DNA of 64,000 nucleotides from sequence record MT968995.1. One strand, given 5' to 3'. The translations under genes and the position numbers were made by a program. The notes beneath the pieces are model-generated. The model was not told where the DNA came from. It was given only the letters and a program-made list of their open reading frames with translations, and did not search any database. The stretch comes from Escherichia phage vB_EcoM_WL-3. Positions 31,186 through 42,988 of this stretch are shown here, piece after piece. Within the stretch, counting starts at the first letter, position 1; each line of letters begins with the position of its first letter.

Positions 31186-31679
31186 AAAGTTTTAATAACC
31201 TCTATAATATCGTCTTGAGAAAGACCGTTAATTAAAATATGATGTTCAGCCGGAGATTTAGAAATTTTAAAGCATGCCTCAACATCTTCTGCCATATCCG
31301 ATGCGCTACGATTTGGATTACTAATTCCAAGACGATGTTTTCCCGTTAAAGGATTAACGATGATATAGCATTTACAGTTGTTAATATGAACATTAGGTTG
31401 AGTCTGATTAATGAACACATCGCAATCATATTTCGCAAGCTGATTTTCTAAAAAGACTTTCATCTCCTCAACCGCATCAGGAAGCATATCACGGGCTTGC
31501 TCAAGACGACGATTTCGATATTCTTTAATGGTCGTTTTCCGCTTGACTTGCTTAGCTAAATCTTTCTTAAGATCGGTGATATATCCAACTCGACGATTTC
31601 CTTTAAATACAGAAATCCCATCTGTAGTATCACCGTATGCTTCAACGACCATTTCAGTAGTAATAAGCTGCAAATCCAT
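31176..31679 (-). CDS. alc: Alc, inhibitor of host transcription
   Basis: 167 aa from the second ATG; T4 size and position. Confidence 0.8.
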   Translation of the reverse strand: MDLQLITTEMVVEAYGDTTDGISVFKGNRRVGYITDLKKDLAKQVKRKTTIKEYRNRRLEQARDMLPDAVEEMKVFLENQLAKYDCDVFINQTQPNVHINNCKCYIIVNPLTGKHRLGISNPNRSASDMAEDVEACFKISKSPAEHHILINGLSQDDIIEVIKTLCN

Positions 31680-31687
31680 CATAAAGT

Positions 31688-31740
31688 CCTCATGTTATGT
31701 CAGTAAGACTACTATAACACAACACGAGGGACTTGTAAAC
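31688..31740 (-). promoter_or_regulatory. Early promoter cassette upstream of alc (paralogous to 15917-15969)
   Basis: About 53 bp roughly 90% identical to the cassette upstream of alt.-3; GTTTAC and TATAGTAGT elements. Confidence 0.5.
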
Positions 31741-31743
31741 AGC

Positions 31744-33331
<1,588 letters not shown>

Positions 33332-33358
33332 AATAAAATGGGCCTTGCGGCCCACTCC

Positions 33359-34537
33359 TTAAAAGTATTTTTTAAAACTCATCATAACTTTATCATCAAC
33401 ATCATTATCAATCTGTGCAACAAGATAAGATGACAGTTCTACTTCTTGTGGCGCTGATTGAACATTATCAGAATTAAGATATTCACGAATCCAAGGATAT
33501 GGATGTTTAACCGGAGCATCGGTAATTGGGCATGGAAGACCACACTGTTTCATACGAGATACAGTTAAGTAATCAATAAAGCTCCACATGCTATTTGTAT
33601 TTAATCCAGGAACATCGCCATCTTTAAATAAATGAACTGCCCAATCTTTTTCTTGGCGGTTAACTTCCATGAAAATATCAACTGCTTCTTGTTCACACTC
33701 TTGAGCAATTTTAACCCATTGATCGCCATCAGTACCAGATTGAAGTTGACGAATAATATATTGTGTACCTTTAAGATGAAGCTGCTCATCACGTGCAATA
33801 AATTTCATAATCTTCGCATTACCTTCCATGATTTCCATGTTCTTATGGAAGTTGAAAGTACATGCAAAGGATACATAAAAACGAATAGCTTCCAGAGCAT
33901 TGATAACGTGCAGACAGAGATAAAGCGACTTCATTAGCTCACGCTTCCAATATGTCTCATGCTCAATAGCATCTTCAATAACGTCTTCGTCTGCATTAAT
34001 TTCTTTTTGGTATTCGATATCAGCTTTAGCGTTTTCCCAATAACGAGTTTTAATCAGAACATCATCATAATAACGTCCAATGGATTCAGCACGTTTCATA
34101 ATAGCTTCATCTAATACAATTTCATCAAATACCTTCGATGGATCAGTATAAAGATTTCGCATGATATGAGTATATGAACGACTGTGAATAGTTTCACTAA
34201 AAGTCCATGTAGCAACCCATGTATCAAGGCTTGGGTCTGAAATTAATGACATAAGTACAGCAGATGGCGCGCGACCCTGAATGCTATCTAAAAGTGATTG
34301 ATACTTCAAGTTGTTAGTAAAAATATTTTGCTGATACTGAGGAAGCTTATTAAACTGTGCAGCATCCATCATCAAGTTTACTTCTTCAGGACGCCAGAAA
34401 AATGATAATTGCTTTTCGGTTAAATCTTCAAAAACTTTATGACGTTGAATATCATAACGCGCAATACCAAGACCTGAACCAAAAAACATAGGTTCTTTTA
34501 AAACGTCAACTGGATTTGTATTAAAAACTGTGCTCAT
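33359..34537 (-). CDS. nrdB: Ribonucleotide reductase small subunit NrdB (uninterrupted, no intron)
   Basis: Continuous 392-aa ORF containing the diiron-ligand EExxH-type segments. Confidence 0.9.
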   Translation of the reverse strand: MSTVFNTNPVDVLKEPMFFGSGLGIARYDIQRHKVFEDLTEKQLSFFWRPEEVNLMMDAAQFNKLPQYQQNIFTNNLKYQSLLDSIQGRAPSAVLMSLISDPSLDTWVATWTFSETIHSRSYTHIMRNLYTDPSKVFDEIVLDEAIMKRAESIGRYYDDVLIKTRYWENAKADIEYQKEINADEDVIEDAIEHETYWKRELMKSLYLCLHVINALEAIRFYVSFACTFNFHKNMEIMEGNAKIMKFIARDEQLHLKGTQYIIRQLQSGTDGDQWVKIAQECEQEAVDIFMEVNRQEKDWAVHLFKDGDVPGLNTNSMWSFIDYLTVSRMKQCGLPCPITDAPVKHPYPWIREYLNSDNVQSAPQEVELSSYLVAQIDNDVDDKVMMSFKKYF

Positions 34538-34588
34538 AAATTTTCCGCTTAGTTAATAGTTGGTGACTCGTCCGTGAGTCAAATTATA

Positions 34589-36853
34589 TCATAATTTACA
34601 GGATGAACAATCTTCAGCTTTTGGAGTTTCTATTTCATAATCATCAGTACCAGAACCATCGCGGGTATTATGATAATAGAAATTTTTTCCGCCAAAATAC
34701 CAAAAATACAAAAGGTCATCAATCATTATTGACATTGGAACCTTTCCTTTAGGGAAGATTTGGGGGTCATAGTATGTATTCGCTGAAGCTGATTGACATA
34801 CCCATTTCAGCATAATAGCTACTTGCGTAAGATAAGGTTTATTACCTTTCTTAGCTAATTTCCATGTATAATCATAGAGGTCTATGTTATGCTCAATATT
34901 GGGCACGACTTGATTAAAGGAACCCTCTTTTGATTCTTTAACACTTACCGGTCCACGTGGAGGCTCGATACCGTTTGTACTGTTAGAAACTTGGGAAGAT
35001 GACTCACATGGCATAAGTGCTGATAATGTGCTATTACGGATGCCAAAGAGCTTAAGGTCTTCCCGCAGCGACGACCAGTCACAAACGTATTTTGGAGCTG
35101 CGATTTGGTCAATCTTTTTATTGTACCAGTCGATAGGTAATTCGCCTCGAGACCAACGAGTGTCTGAATAATATTCGCAAGGTCCTTTTTCTTTGGCGAG
35201 CTTAATGGATGCTTTAATGAGTCCATACTGTAATCTCTCAAATAGTTCATGTGTTAAATCGTTAGCATCTTCATAAGAAGCAAAGTTACTTGCCAGCCAA
35301 GCTGCATAGTTAGTAACACCTACACCAAGGTTACGACGCCTTTTAGCTTTTTCTGCTTCAGGAACTGGATATCCTTGGTAATCCAAAAGATTATCAAGAG
35401 CACGAACTTGGACTTCTGCCAATTCATTAATTTTATCTTGGTCTTGCCAATCGAAGTTATCCAACACAAATGCAGATAACGTGCACAATCCAATTTCAGC
35501 ATCAGGGCTATTCACATCATTTGTTGGAATAGCAATTTCACAGCACAAGTTACTCTGACGAATAGGTGCCTTTTCACGAATAAACGGAGTATAGTTATTC
35601 GTATTATCAATGAACTGCACATAAATCCTTGCTGTTCCTGAACGTTCAGTCATGAGCAATTCAAATAGTTCACGGGCTTTAATACGCTTTTTGCGAATAT
35701 TAGGGTCTTTTTCTGCTGCTTCGTATAATTCACGGAAACGGTCTTGGTCTTTAAAATAAGAATAATAAAGCTCGCCACCCATTTCATGCGGACTGAACAA
35801 AGTAATGTAATCGTTCTTTCCGAATCGTTCCATCATCAAATCATTCAGCTGAACACCATAATCCATATGACGGATACGGTTTTCTTCTACACCTTTGTTA
35901 TTTTTCAAAACGAGAAGATTTTCAACTTCCAAATGCCAAATAGGATAATAAGCAGTAGCAGCGCCGCCACGAATTCCACCCTGTGAACATGATTTAACAG
36001 CAGTCTGAAAATGTTTCCAAAAAGGAATAACGCCAGTATGACGTACTTCACCTGTGCCAATCTTAGAACCTTCAGCACGAATCATACCAACGTTAATGCC
36101 AATTCCAGCTCGTTTAGAAATATACTCAACAATTGAAGCAGAAGCCTTATTAATAGACTTTAATGAATCACCTGCCTCAATAACAACACATGAACTAAAC
36201 TGTCGAGTTGGAGTACGACAACCAGCCATAATAGGAGTTGGCAGTGAAATCTGTCGAGTGGATACTGCTTCATAAAAACGGATAACGTGTTTTAATCTAT
36301 CAACAGGTTCATCTTGATGCAATGCCATTCCAATAGTCATAAATGCAAACTGTGGAGTTTCATAAATTTGACCAGTGGTTTTATCTTTAACAAGATATTT
36401 TTCTTTTAATTGCATCGCCCCGGAATAAGTAAATTCCATATCCCGCTCGTGCTTAATTTTTGATTCTAAAAATGTAATTTCTTCTGCAGAATATTTTGAC
36501 AACAATTCAGGGTCGTATTTACCTTCATTTACACAGTAAGAAATATGGTCAATAAATGAACGCGGTTCATATTGCCCATAAACATGCTTACGAAGAGCGA
36601 ACATTAAACAGCGTGCAGCTACGTATTGATAATCAGGCTCTTCAACTGAAATAGAATTCGCAGCAGCCTTAATTACAATGGTTTGAATGTCATCAGTTGT
36701 CATTCCATCACGGAGATATGATTTAATATTTTCATATAATTCATAAGGATCTACTGATGTTCCTTCAGCTGCCCAAGATAAAACTTTAATAATTTTTTGT
36801 GGGTCAAAGCTCTGAGAAACACCACTACTTTTGATAACATTAATTAATTGCAT
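34589..36853 (-). CDS. nrdA: Ribonucleotide reductase large subunit NrdA
   Basis: 754-aa ORF with class Ia RNR active-site cysteines. Confidence 0.95.
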   Translation of the reverse strand: MQLINVIKSSGVSQSFDPQKIIKVLSWAAEGTSVDPYELYENIKSYLRDGMTTDDIQTIVIKAAANSISVEEPDYQYVAARCLMFALRKHVYGQYEPRSFIDHISYCVNEGKYDPELLSKYSAEEITFLESKIKHERDMEFTYSGAMQLKEKYLVKDKTTGQIYETPQFAFMTIGMALHQDEPVDRLKHVIRFYEAVSTRQISLPTPIMAGCRTPTRQFSSCVVIEAGDSLKSINKASASIVEYISKRAGIGINVGMIRAEGSKIGTGEVRHTGVIPFWKHFQTAVKSCSQGGIRGGAATAYYPIWHLEVENLLVLKNNKGVEENRIRHMDYGVQLNDLMMERFGKNDYITLFSPHEMGGELYYSYFKDQDRFRELYEAAEKDPNIRKKRIKARELFELLMTERSGTARIYVQFIDNTNNYTPFIREKAPIRQSNLCCEIAIPTNDVNSPDAEIGLCTLSAFVLDNFDWQDQDKINELAEVQVRALDNLLDYQGYPVPEAEKAKRRRNLGVGVTNYAAWLASNFASYEDANDLTHELFERLQYGLIKASIKLAKEKGPCEYYSDTRWSRGELPIDWYNKKIDQIAAPKYVCDWSSLREDLKLFGIRNSTLSALMPCESSSQVSNSTNGIEPPRGPVSVKESKEGSFNQVVPNIEHNIDLYDYTWKLAKKGNKPYLTQVAIMLKWVCQSASANTYYDPQIFPKGKVPMSIMIDDLLYFWYFGGKNFYYHNTRDGSGTDDYEIETPKAEDCSSCKL

Positions 36854-37170
36854 AAGTCCTCAACTTGAAAATCGTCTTTAAACAATCGGTTAACTATATG
36901 AGCTATTATATCACCATGACACGGCTTTGGTTTACATGTGCATCCTAGCCTCATTCCACGTAAAGGCTCTAAATGTGCTTTAGTTATTTCTCCGGATTTA
37001 ATTCGACGTATAAAATCTTTTTTGAATAATTCAATGGCAACCTCCCGGCTGCCAGCATCTTTACCGACGTAATTTCCCCAAAATGTACCACGGTGAATAT
37101 TAACATCAAAGTCGGATTTATATTTATTCACTACCTGGCATAGACGGCCCGCGCGGTGATAATTCGTCAT
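36844..37170 (-). CDS. nrdA.1: Small Cys-containing protein (nrdA.1 position)
   Basis: 108-aa ORF. Confidence 0.5.
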   Translation of the reverse strand: MTNYHRAGRLCQVVNKYKSDFDVNIHRGTFWGNYVGKDAGSREVAIELFKKDFIRRIKSGEITKAHLEPLRGMRLGCTCKPKPCHGDIIAHIVNRLFKDDFQVEDLCN

Positions 37171-37387
37171 ATTGTTTTTCCGTTAAAACAGTAATATCAT
37201 AGTAACAATCTGAAGAAGTTTTAACTGTAGAAATTTTATTATCAAAATACTCACGAGTCATTTTATGAGTATAATATTTTTTGCCATAAATGATAATAGG
37301 CTGATTTGGTCCTGGAACTTCTAACTCACTTGGATTAGGAAGTGTAAAAAGAACTGCACCAGAAGTATCTTTAAATCGTAAAATCAT
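37124..37387 (-). CDS. nrdA.2: Small protein (nrdA.2 position)
   Basis: 87-aa ORF. Confidence 0.5.
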   Translation of the reverse strand: MILRFKDTSGAVLFTLPNPSELEVPGPNQPIIIYGKKYYTHKMTREYFDNKISTVKTSSDCYYDITVLTEKQYDELSPRGPSMPGSE

Positions 37388-37410
37388 ATATCCTCACAGT
37401 TAATAATTAA

Positions 37411-37722
37411 TTACACCGCCATTTTTCCTTTAATAGGAGGGTGTGATTCGTAACCTTTAAGAACGAAATCTTTAGGCCTGAGTTTAAGAACATATTCCAA
37501 TTGTTCTTTAGTAGAAAGATAGCGGAATTTATAAGGCAATCCGCCTATTACCAGTTCACAAAGCTCTTTAGGTTCACGACGTAAAATTTCTTTACATTGT
37601 TCCACGTGGTTCATATAGATATGAGTATTACCGCCAGAAAATATCAAATCTCCAGGAATAAGATTACACATCTTAGCTACAATATGAACCAACGCAGCAT
37701 ATGATGCAATATTAAATGGAAG
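37411..37722 (-). CDS. td: Thymidylate synthase exon 2 (codons 184-286 plus stop)
   Basis: Exon begins CTTCCATTT directly after intron-terminal ATG; encodes the TS C-terminal part. Confidence 0.9.
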   Translation of the reverse strand, partial: LPFNIASYAALVHIVAKMCNLIPGDLIFSGGNTHIYMNHVEQCKEILRREPKELCELVIGGLPYKFRYLSTKEQLEYVLKLRPKDFVLKGYESHPPIKGKMAV

Positions 37723-38738
37723 CATTATGTTCAGATAAGGTCGTTAATCTTATCCCGGAATTATATCCAGCTGCATGTCACCATACAGATCAGACTATAT
37801 CTCCATCTTGATGAAGCAAGATGTCTATCGTTTCGAGTCACTTGACCCTACTCCCCAAAGGGATAGTCGTTAGGCATTTATGTAGAACCAATTCCATTTA
37901 TCAGATTTTACACGATAAGTAACTAATCCAGACGAAATTTTAAAATGTCTAGCTGCATCTGCTGCGCATTCAAAAATAATCCCGTCGCATGAAATCTTTT
38001 TAATATTACTAGGCTTTTTGCCTTTCATCTTTTCTGATATTTTAGATTTAGTTTTGTCCGAATGCTTATGATTAAAGAATGAATTATTTTCACCTGAACG
38101 ATTTCTGCATTTACTACAAGTATAAGCAGAAGTTTGTATACGAACACCGCACTTACAAAATTTGTGTTTTTCTGGATTCCATCGTCCGTTTTTACTTCCG
38201 GGTTTACCGTAAAGAGCTTTCCGAGCATCAAGGCCAAGCTTAAGCATCTTAGCTTTAACAGTTTCAGAGCGTTTCTTAATAATTTCTTCTTTTAATGGAT
38301 GTACAGAATATGTATCACCAAACGTTGCATCAGCAATATTATATCCATTAATTTTAGAATTAAGCTCTTTAATCCAAAAATTTTCTCGTTCAATAATCAA
38401 ATCTTTCTCATATGGAATTTCTTCCAAAATAGAGCATTCAAATACATTACCGTGTTTGTTAAAAGACCTTTGAAGTTTTATAGAAGAATGGCATCCTTTT
38501 TCTAAGTCTTTAAAATGCCTCTTCCATCTCTTTTCAAAATCTTTAGCACTTCCTACATATACTTTATTGTTTAAAGTATTTTTAATCTGATAAATTCCAC
38601 TTTTCATAAATACCTCTTTAAATATAGAAGTATTTATTAAAGGGTAGTCCTACAATTTAGCACGGGATTGTCTACTAGAGAGGTTCCCCGTTTAGATAGA
38701 TTACAAGTATAAGTCACCTTATACTCAGGCCTCAATTA
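37723..38738 (-). mobile_element. Group I self-splicing intron in td (1016 nt) carrying the I-TevI ORF
   Basis: Exon 1 ends in T (…TTGGGT); intron starts TAATTGAGGCCTGAGTATAAGG and ends ATG (terminal G); length 1016 nt; excision joins a 286-codon TS frame. Confidence 0.9.
37870..38607 (-). CDS. I-TevI: I-TevI GIY-YIG homing endonuclease (intron-encoded)
   Basis: 245-aa ORF inside the intron; N-terminal GIYQI...VYVGSA GIY-YIG motif; C-terminal zinc finger CKCG...CSKC. Confidence 0.9.
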   Translation of the reverse strand: MKSGIYQIKNTLNNKVYVGSAKDFEKRWKRHFKDLEKGCHSSIKLQRSFNKHGNVFECSILEEIPYEKDLIIERENFWIKELNSKINGYNIADATFGDTYSVHPLKEEIIKKRSETVKAKMLKLGLDARKALYGKPGSKNGRWNPEKHKFCKCGVRIQTSAYTCSKCRNRSGENNSFFNHKHSDKTKSKISEKMKGKKPSNIKKISCDGIIFECAADAARHFKISSGLVTYRVKSDKWNWFYINA

Positions 38739-39287
38739 ACCCAAGAACACGTCAACACTTCTTTGATACCACTGTAAATCCAAATATCCATTACGCACAT
38801 TAAACTGATAGAACATATGACAAGGTGGTAATGCCATATATTTAAGTTCAGCTGGATTCCACGCAGAAACAATTTGACGCCTATCATTCGGTAGTTTTTT
38901 AATACGATCAATAACTTCTACAATTTGGTCTACACCGCCAAAATCACGCCATTGTTTTCCGTAAATTGGACCAAGTTCACCACTATGATATCCTAAATCT
39001 TTTGCTTGGTTTTCGTAATTTTCATCCCAGACTGTTTTGCCTTGAATTAATGAATCGTGTTGAATTAATCGTAAATCATTGACATTTGTGCTTCCTGATA
39101 AAAACCAAAGGAGCTCAGCAATGCAAGCTTTCCAGGCGAGCTTCTTAGTCGTTACTGCAGGAAAACCTTTAGTTAAATCCCAGCGTAATTTAGTACCGAA
39201 CAAAGCAATTGTTCCTGTGCCTGTTCGGTCATCGGTTTCATAGCCATTTTCAAAAATGTCTTTAATTAAATCTTGGTATTGTTTCAT
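38739..39287 (-). CDS. td: Thymidylate synthase exon 1 (codons 1-183)
   Basis: N-terminal TS sequence; the ORF stop TAA is the first three intron nucleotides. Confidence 0.9.
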
Positions 39288-39332
39288 TTAGTACCTTATA
39301 TAAATTATAATACATTTTATGAAGCTAAATAA

Positions 39333-39692
39333 TCAATACGGTTTAGCATCAAATTTTCTTTCGATTTCAGGAGTGAAATATAATTCTTTACCACGTTTGG
39401 AAAAACGACCAATAATATGATAATTATTCTCATCAAACGTGATATTGCCAATATCCATAGCTTTCAACCAAATATCGATATTTCTATCCAGCTTTATATC
39501 AAAATTCCAATACGGAGAACTATTACCGAAAATACTGCAAGCGGATTCAGTGAAACAACTGCTATAAATTTTGTCTTTGGGAACTACTAATTGATAGACG
39601 CCTTTAATAAACTGAGGACCCTGCCATTTTGGTTGTTTCGCGTCTTTTTCTAATAGAATAGGGTAATAATTAAAGTTCATATTTTCCGCCAC
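39333..39692 (-). CDS. Hypothetical protein inserted between frd and td
   Basis: 119-aa ORF filling a roughly 410-bp spacer; no recognisable domain. Confidence 0.5.
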   Translation of the reverse strand: MAENMNFNYYPILLEKDAKQPKWQGPQFIKGVYQLVVPKDKIYSSCFTESACSIFGNSSPYWNFDIKLDRNIDIWLKAMDIGNITFDENNYHIIGRFSKRGKELYFTPEIERKFDAKPY

Positions 39693-39700
39693 GCGTTATT

Positions 39701-40285
<585 letters not shown>

Positions 40286-40528
40286 TCAAAACCCCCTTTC
40301 AATAAACCATTCAGCGGCTTTATTAGCATCAAAGAATAATTCTTCATATGTCTTTTCTTTGTTTTCAAAAACTGTCACACAAACACGTTGACATTCTCCA
40401 CAGTATTCTTCTGACATACTCAAAGCGTCAGAAAACATTTCATTAAATTCATTTAAATCAGGATTATGCAATGCGTTAAAAATTGCATAATCGAATTCAT
40501 CATTCATAAATTCAAATACAAAAATCAT
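40286..40528 (-). CDS. frd.1: Small acidic protein (frd.1 position)
   Basis: 80-aa ORF. Confidence 0.5.
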   Translation of the reverse strand: MIFVFEFMNDEFDYAIFNALHNPDLNEFNEMFSDALSMSEEYCGECQRVCVTVFENKEKTYEELFFDANKAAEWFIERGF

Positions 40529-40872
40529 ATTATCTCATAATATAAAGGATCAGGAACATATCCACTGGCTTTAATCATTTTAATTAACGTTAACATTCCT
40601 TTATTAACTGCTCGTGAAATTTCATCAAAAACTTCATCACTAAAAAGTTCTAACACGCCCTTCTGAACTTTTAATTTACACCCAACAATTTCGTCATCGC
40701 CTATAGTAAATTCGTTTCCGCCAATTCCACCGAAAAACTTAATTGCACCAGTCAACTGTCTTCCACGAGAATATGGGTCGTGTGATAAAGTAATATGAGT
40801 CACCCCAGGTACAGTTTTAAATTGGCAACGGATGTTTACTTGGGCAATTCCAGTTACGTGAATGTCAGACAT
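40525..40872 (-). CDS. frd.2: Small protein (frd.2 position)
   Basis: 115-aa ORF. Confidence 0.5.
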   Translation of the reverse strand: MSDIHVTGIAQVNIRCQFKTVPGVTHITLSHDPYSRGRQLTGAIKFFGGIGGNEFTIGDDEIVGCKLKVQKGVLELFSDEVFDEISRAVNKGMLTLIKMIKASGYVPDPLYYEII

Positions 40873-40882
40873 AATATTTTCC

Positions 40883-41125
40883 TCAAACAGACTTTTTCAC
40901 AATTTTCCAATCAGCTTTAAACTGATCGACGTCAGAATGATAAATCCAGAACCCTGCGCTTTCTCCATCCTCATAAAGAGGGCATCCATCGCATTCATCT
41001 TCCCATCCCATGCCACGTAAAAGATGTTCAGCTTTTTCAACAAGTTCAGAATCTTTACCAATGATATTAAAATACCATTTACCTCTAACTTCTGAATCTT
41101 TGATGCTTTGGCGTTGTAATCTCAT
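40883..41125 (-). CDS. frd.3: Small protein (frd.3 position)
   Basis: 80-aa ORF; early promoter with stem-loop upstream (41136-41180). Confidence 0.5.
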   Translation of the reverse strand: MRLQRQSIKDSEVRGKWYFNIIGKDSELVEKAEHLLRGMGWEDECDGCPLYEDGESAGFWIYHSDVDQFKADWKIVKKSV

Positions 41126-41179
41126 TTTATTCTCCTTAGTTGATAGGGTAATAGTATCACACTACTACCCTACTGTAAA

Positions 41180-41560
41180 CTACTTTTTGAAAGTTTTTCG
41201 CAAAAGTTCAATGATTTCATCTACATTGTTTTCGTCTACAATGCAATGAATTTTTGTTACGCCAGAAATCTTGTCTTCGACTTCATCTTCTTCAGAAGTC
41301 GGTTCTTTATACTCGCGGAAACAATGAAATTCGTCTTCACAAATTTCTAAAAGTCTATCTTTGAGGTAAAAATGTTTTCCATTTGCGCATTCAATGTGTT
41401 TTACTGCTTTATATCCATTAGCGACAGAAACTTCTTTAACTTCAAACCATCCGCCATTATCTCGAATAGCTTTAACTATTGATGAATTAGAACGTGGGCT
41501 ATAATTAATAAATGTATCAATAAGTCTTGGAACAAGTTCATACTTTCTACCAGTATACAT
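41180..41560 (-). CDS. Hypothetical Cys/His-containing protein
   Basis: 126-aa ORF preceded by hairpin-GAGGAAAA-ATG. Confidence 0.5.
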   Translation of the reverse strand: MYTGRKYELVPRLIDTFINYSPRSNSSIVKAIRDNGGWFEVKEVSVANGYKAVKHIECANGKHFYLKDRLLEICEDEFHCFREYKEPTSEEDEVEDKISGVTKIHCIVDENNVDEIIELLRKTFKK

Positions 41561-41604
41561 TGTGTTTTCCTCATTTTAACGGGGCTGTAATAGCCCCTTG
41601 ATAA

Positions 41605-41835
41605 TTATTGTTCAATCAGTCCCATATAAAATTCTGCATCTTCAGAATCCATGCCATCACAATATTCATTAGCCATAAAGCGGGTGAGGTCTTCAAGAGG
41701 ACCTTCAATGACAATAGAAAAATTGCAATAATTGGGATCATCATGAATACTTGTGATACTAAGTTCAGGATAACGATTACGAATAATTTCTTCAATATAT
41801 TCAAAATCAACGATGTCAATATCAACTTTAGCCAT
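41605..41835 (-). CDS. Small strongly acidic hypothetical protein
   Basis: 76 aa from ATG 41835 with AAAGAGGAAA RBS; the ORF-track start at 41856 would translate the RBS. Confidence 0.5.
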   Translation of the reverse strand: MAKVDIDIVDFEYIEEIIRNRYPELSITSIHDDPNYCNFSIVIEGPLEDLTRFMANEYCDGMDSEDAEFYMGLIEQ

Positions 41836-41869
41836 ATTATTTTCCTCTTTAATCATCAGCAGTATTGCC

Positions 41870-41958
41870 GATAGTTGTATAGTACTATAGAAGAACAGAG
41901 GTGTAAACAGTTTTGTGAAAAAATTTTTGAAATAAAAAAGGGGACCTCTAGGGTCCCC
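41870..41958 (-). promoter_or_regulatory. Early promoter plus terminator hairpin cassette (PeSL-like)
   Basis: On the - strand: hairpin ggggaccctagaggtcccc, T-run, GTTTAC, TACTATAC; homologous to 58279-58368 and 62140-62190. Confidence 0.5.
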
Positions 41959-41980
41959 AATTAATTAGTAATATAATCTA

Positions 41981-42889
41981 TTAAAGGTCATTCAAAAGGT
42001 CATCCAGGTCCGTGTCATCAGCACTAGATGAACTGCCAGAGCTTGAGCTCATAAAATCATCTTCAGTTTTTGTTTTAAAGTCATCAACATTAAATGCATC
42101 CAAATCATCAGCAACTTTATCGGCTTTCTTAGCGGCAGTTGCTGCGGCACCACCCATAGCAGCAGTTCCCATAACTTGACTGAATTTAGTGCTCAGTTCT
42201 TCAAACGATTTGAATTTATCTTTAGAAGTCATTTCAGAAAGGTCAACCATTTGTTCGAACAGTTCTTTCTGGAAAGATTCATCATCAATGTTTGGAATCG
42301 CAGATTGATTCAGGAATTTAGATTCGTCGTAGTTACTAAAACCAGAAACTTGTTTAACTTTCAGTACAAAGTTAGCACCTTCCCACGGACAAGTTACATC
42401 AACCGGAGTTTCACCCATTTCAACATCAACGGCAATCATTGCATTGATTTTATCCCAGATTTTCTTACCGAAACGGTATTTAAATACTTTACCTTCATTT
42501 TCTGGAGCAGCTGGGTCTTTTACTACAAGAATGTTAGCCCAGTAAGAAGTTTTACGTTTAACAAGACCGTACTCTTTATTGTCAGTGTTGTACAAATCAT
42601 TTTTACTGATGTATTGACATACTGGACAAGAATCGTAATCACCGTGGGTAGATGAACAGTTTTCAATATACCATTTACCATTTTTCTTGAAACCGTGATT
42701 TACAAGAATTGCGAATGGTGCTTGTTCATCATTTTTAGACGGAAGAAAACGAATTACTGCTTGACCGTTACCCGCATTATCGAGTTTCAGTTTCCACTCG
42801 CCTTTATCTTCAGAAGAAAAACCACCTTTATTTCCAGCCAGTTTAGCCATTTGTGCAGCGAGTTCAGCAGTAGATTTACGTTTAAACAT
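41981..42889 (-). CDS. 32: gp32 single-stranded DNA-binding protein
   Basis: 302-aa ORF; zinc-binding Cys/His cluster; acidic C-terminal tail; T4 position. Confidence 0.95.
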   Translation of the reverse strand: MFKRKSTAELAAQMAKLAGNKGGFSSEDKGEWKLKLDNAGNGQAVIRFLPSKNDEQAPFAILVNHGFKKNGKWYIENCSSTHGDYDSCPVCQYISKNDLYNTDNKEYGLVKRKTSYWANILVVKDPAAPENEGKVFKYRFGKKIWDKINAMIAVDVEMGETPVDVTCPWEGANFVLKVKQVSGFSNYDESKFLNQSAIPNIDDESFQKELFEQMVDLSEMTSKDKFKSFEELSTKFSQVMGTAAMGGAAATAAKKADKVADDLDAFNVDDFKTKTEDDFMSSSSGSSSSADDTDLDDLLNDL

Positions 42890-42960
42890 TTTTATTTCCT
42901 TTTTAATTTAATTAACAGTTGGTGCTATGACGATGTATGACCTCATAGCTGGTCAGTGAG
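42890..42960 (-). promoter_or_regulatory. Gene 32 translational operator (A/U-rich leader plus upstream pseudoknot-forming element)
   Basis: On the - strand: TGACCAGCTATGAGGTCATACATCGTCATAGCAC then TTAATTAAATTAAAAAGGAAATAAAA-ATG; late promoter TATAAATA at 42973-42980. Confidence 0.6.
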
Positions 42961-42988
42961 ATAATTATAATCTATTTATAATAAGCAA

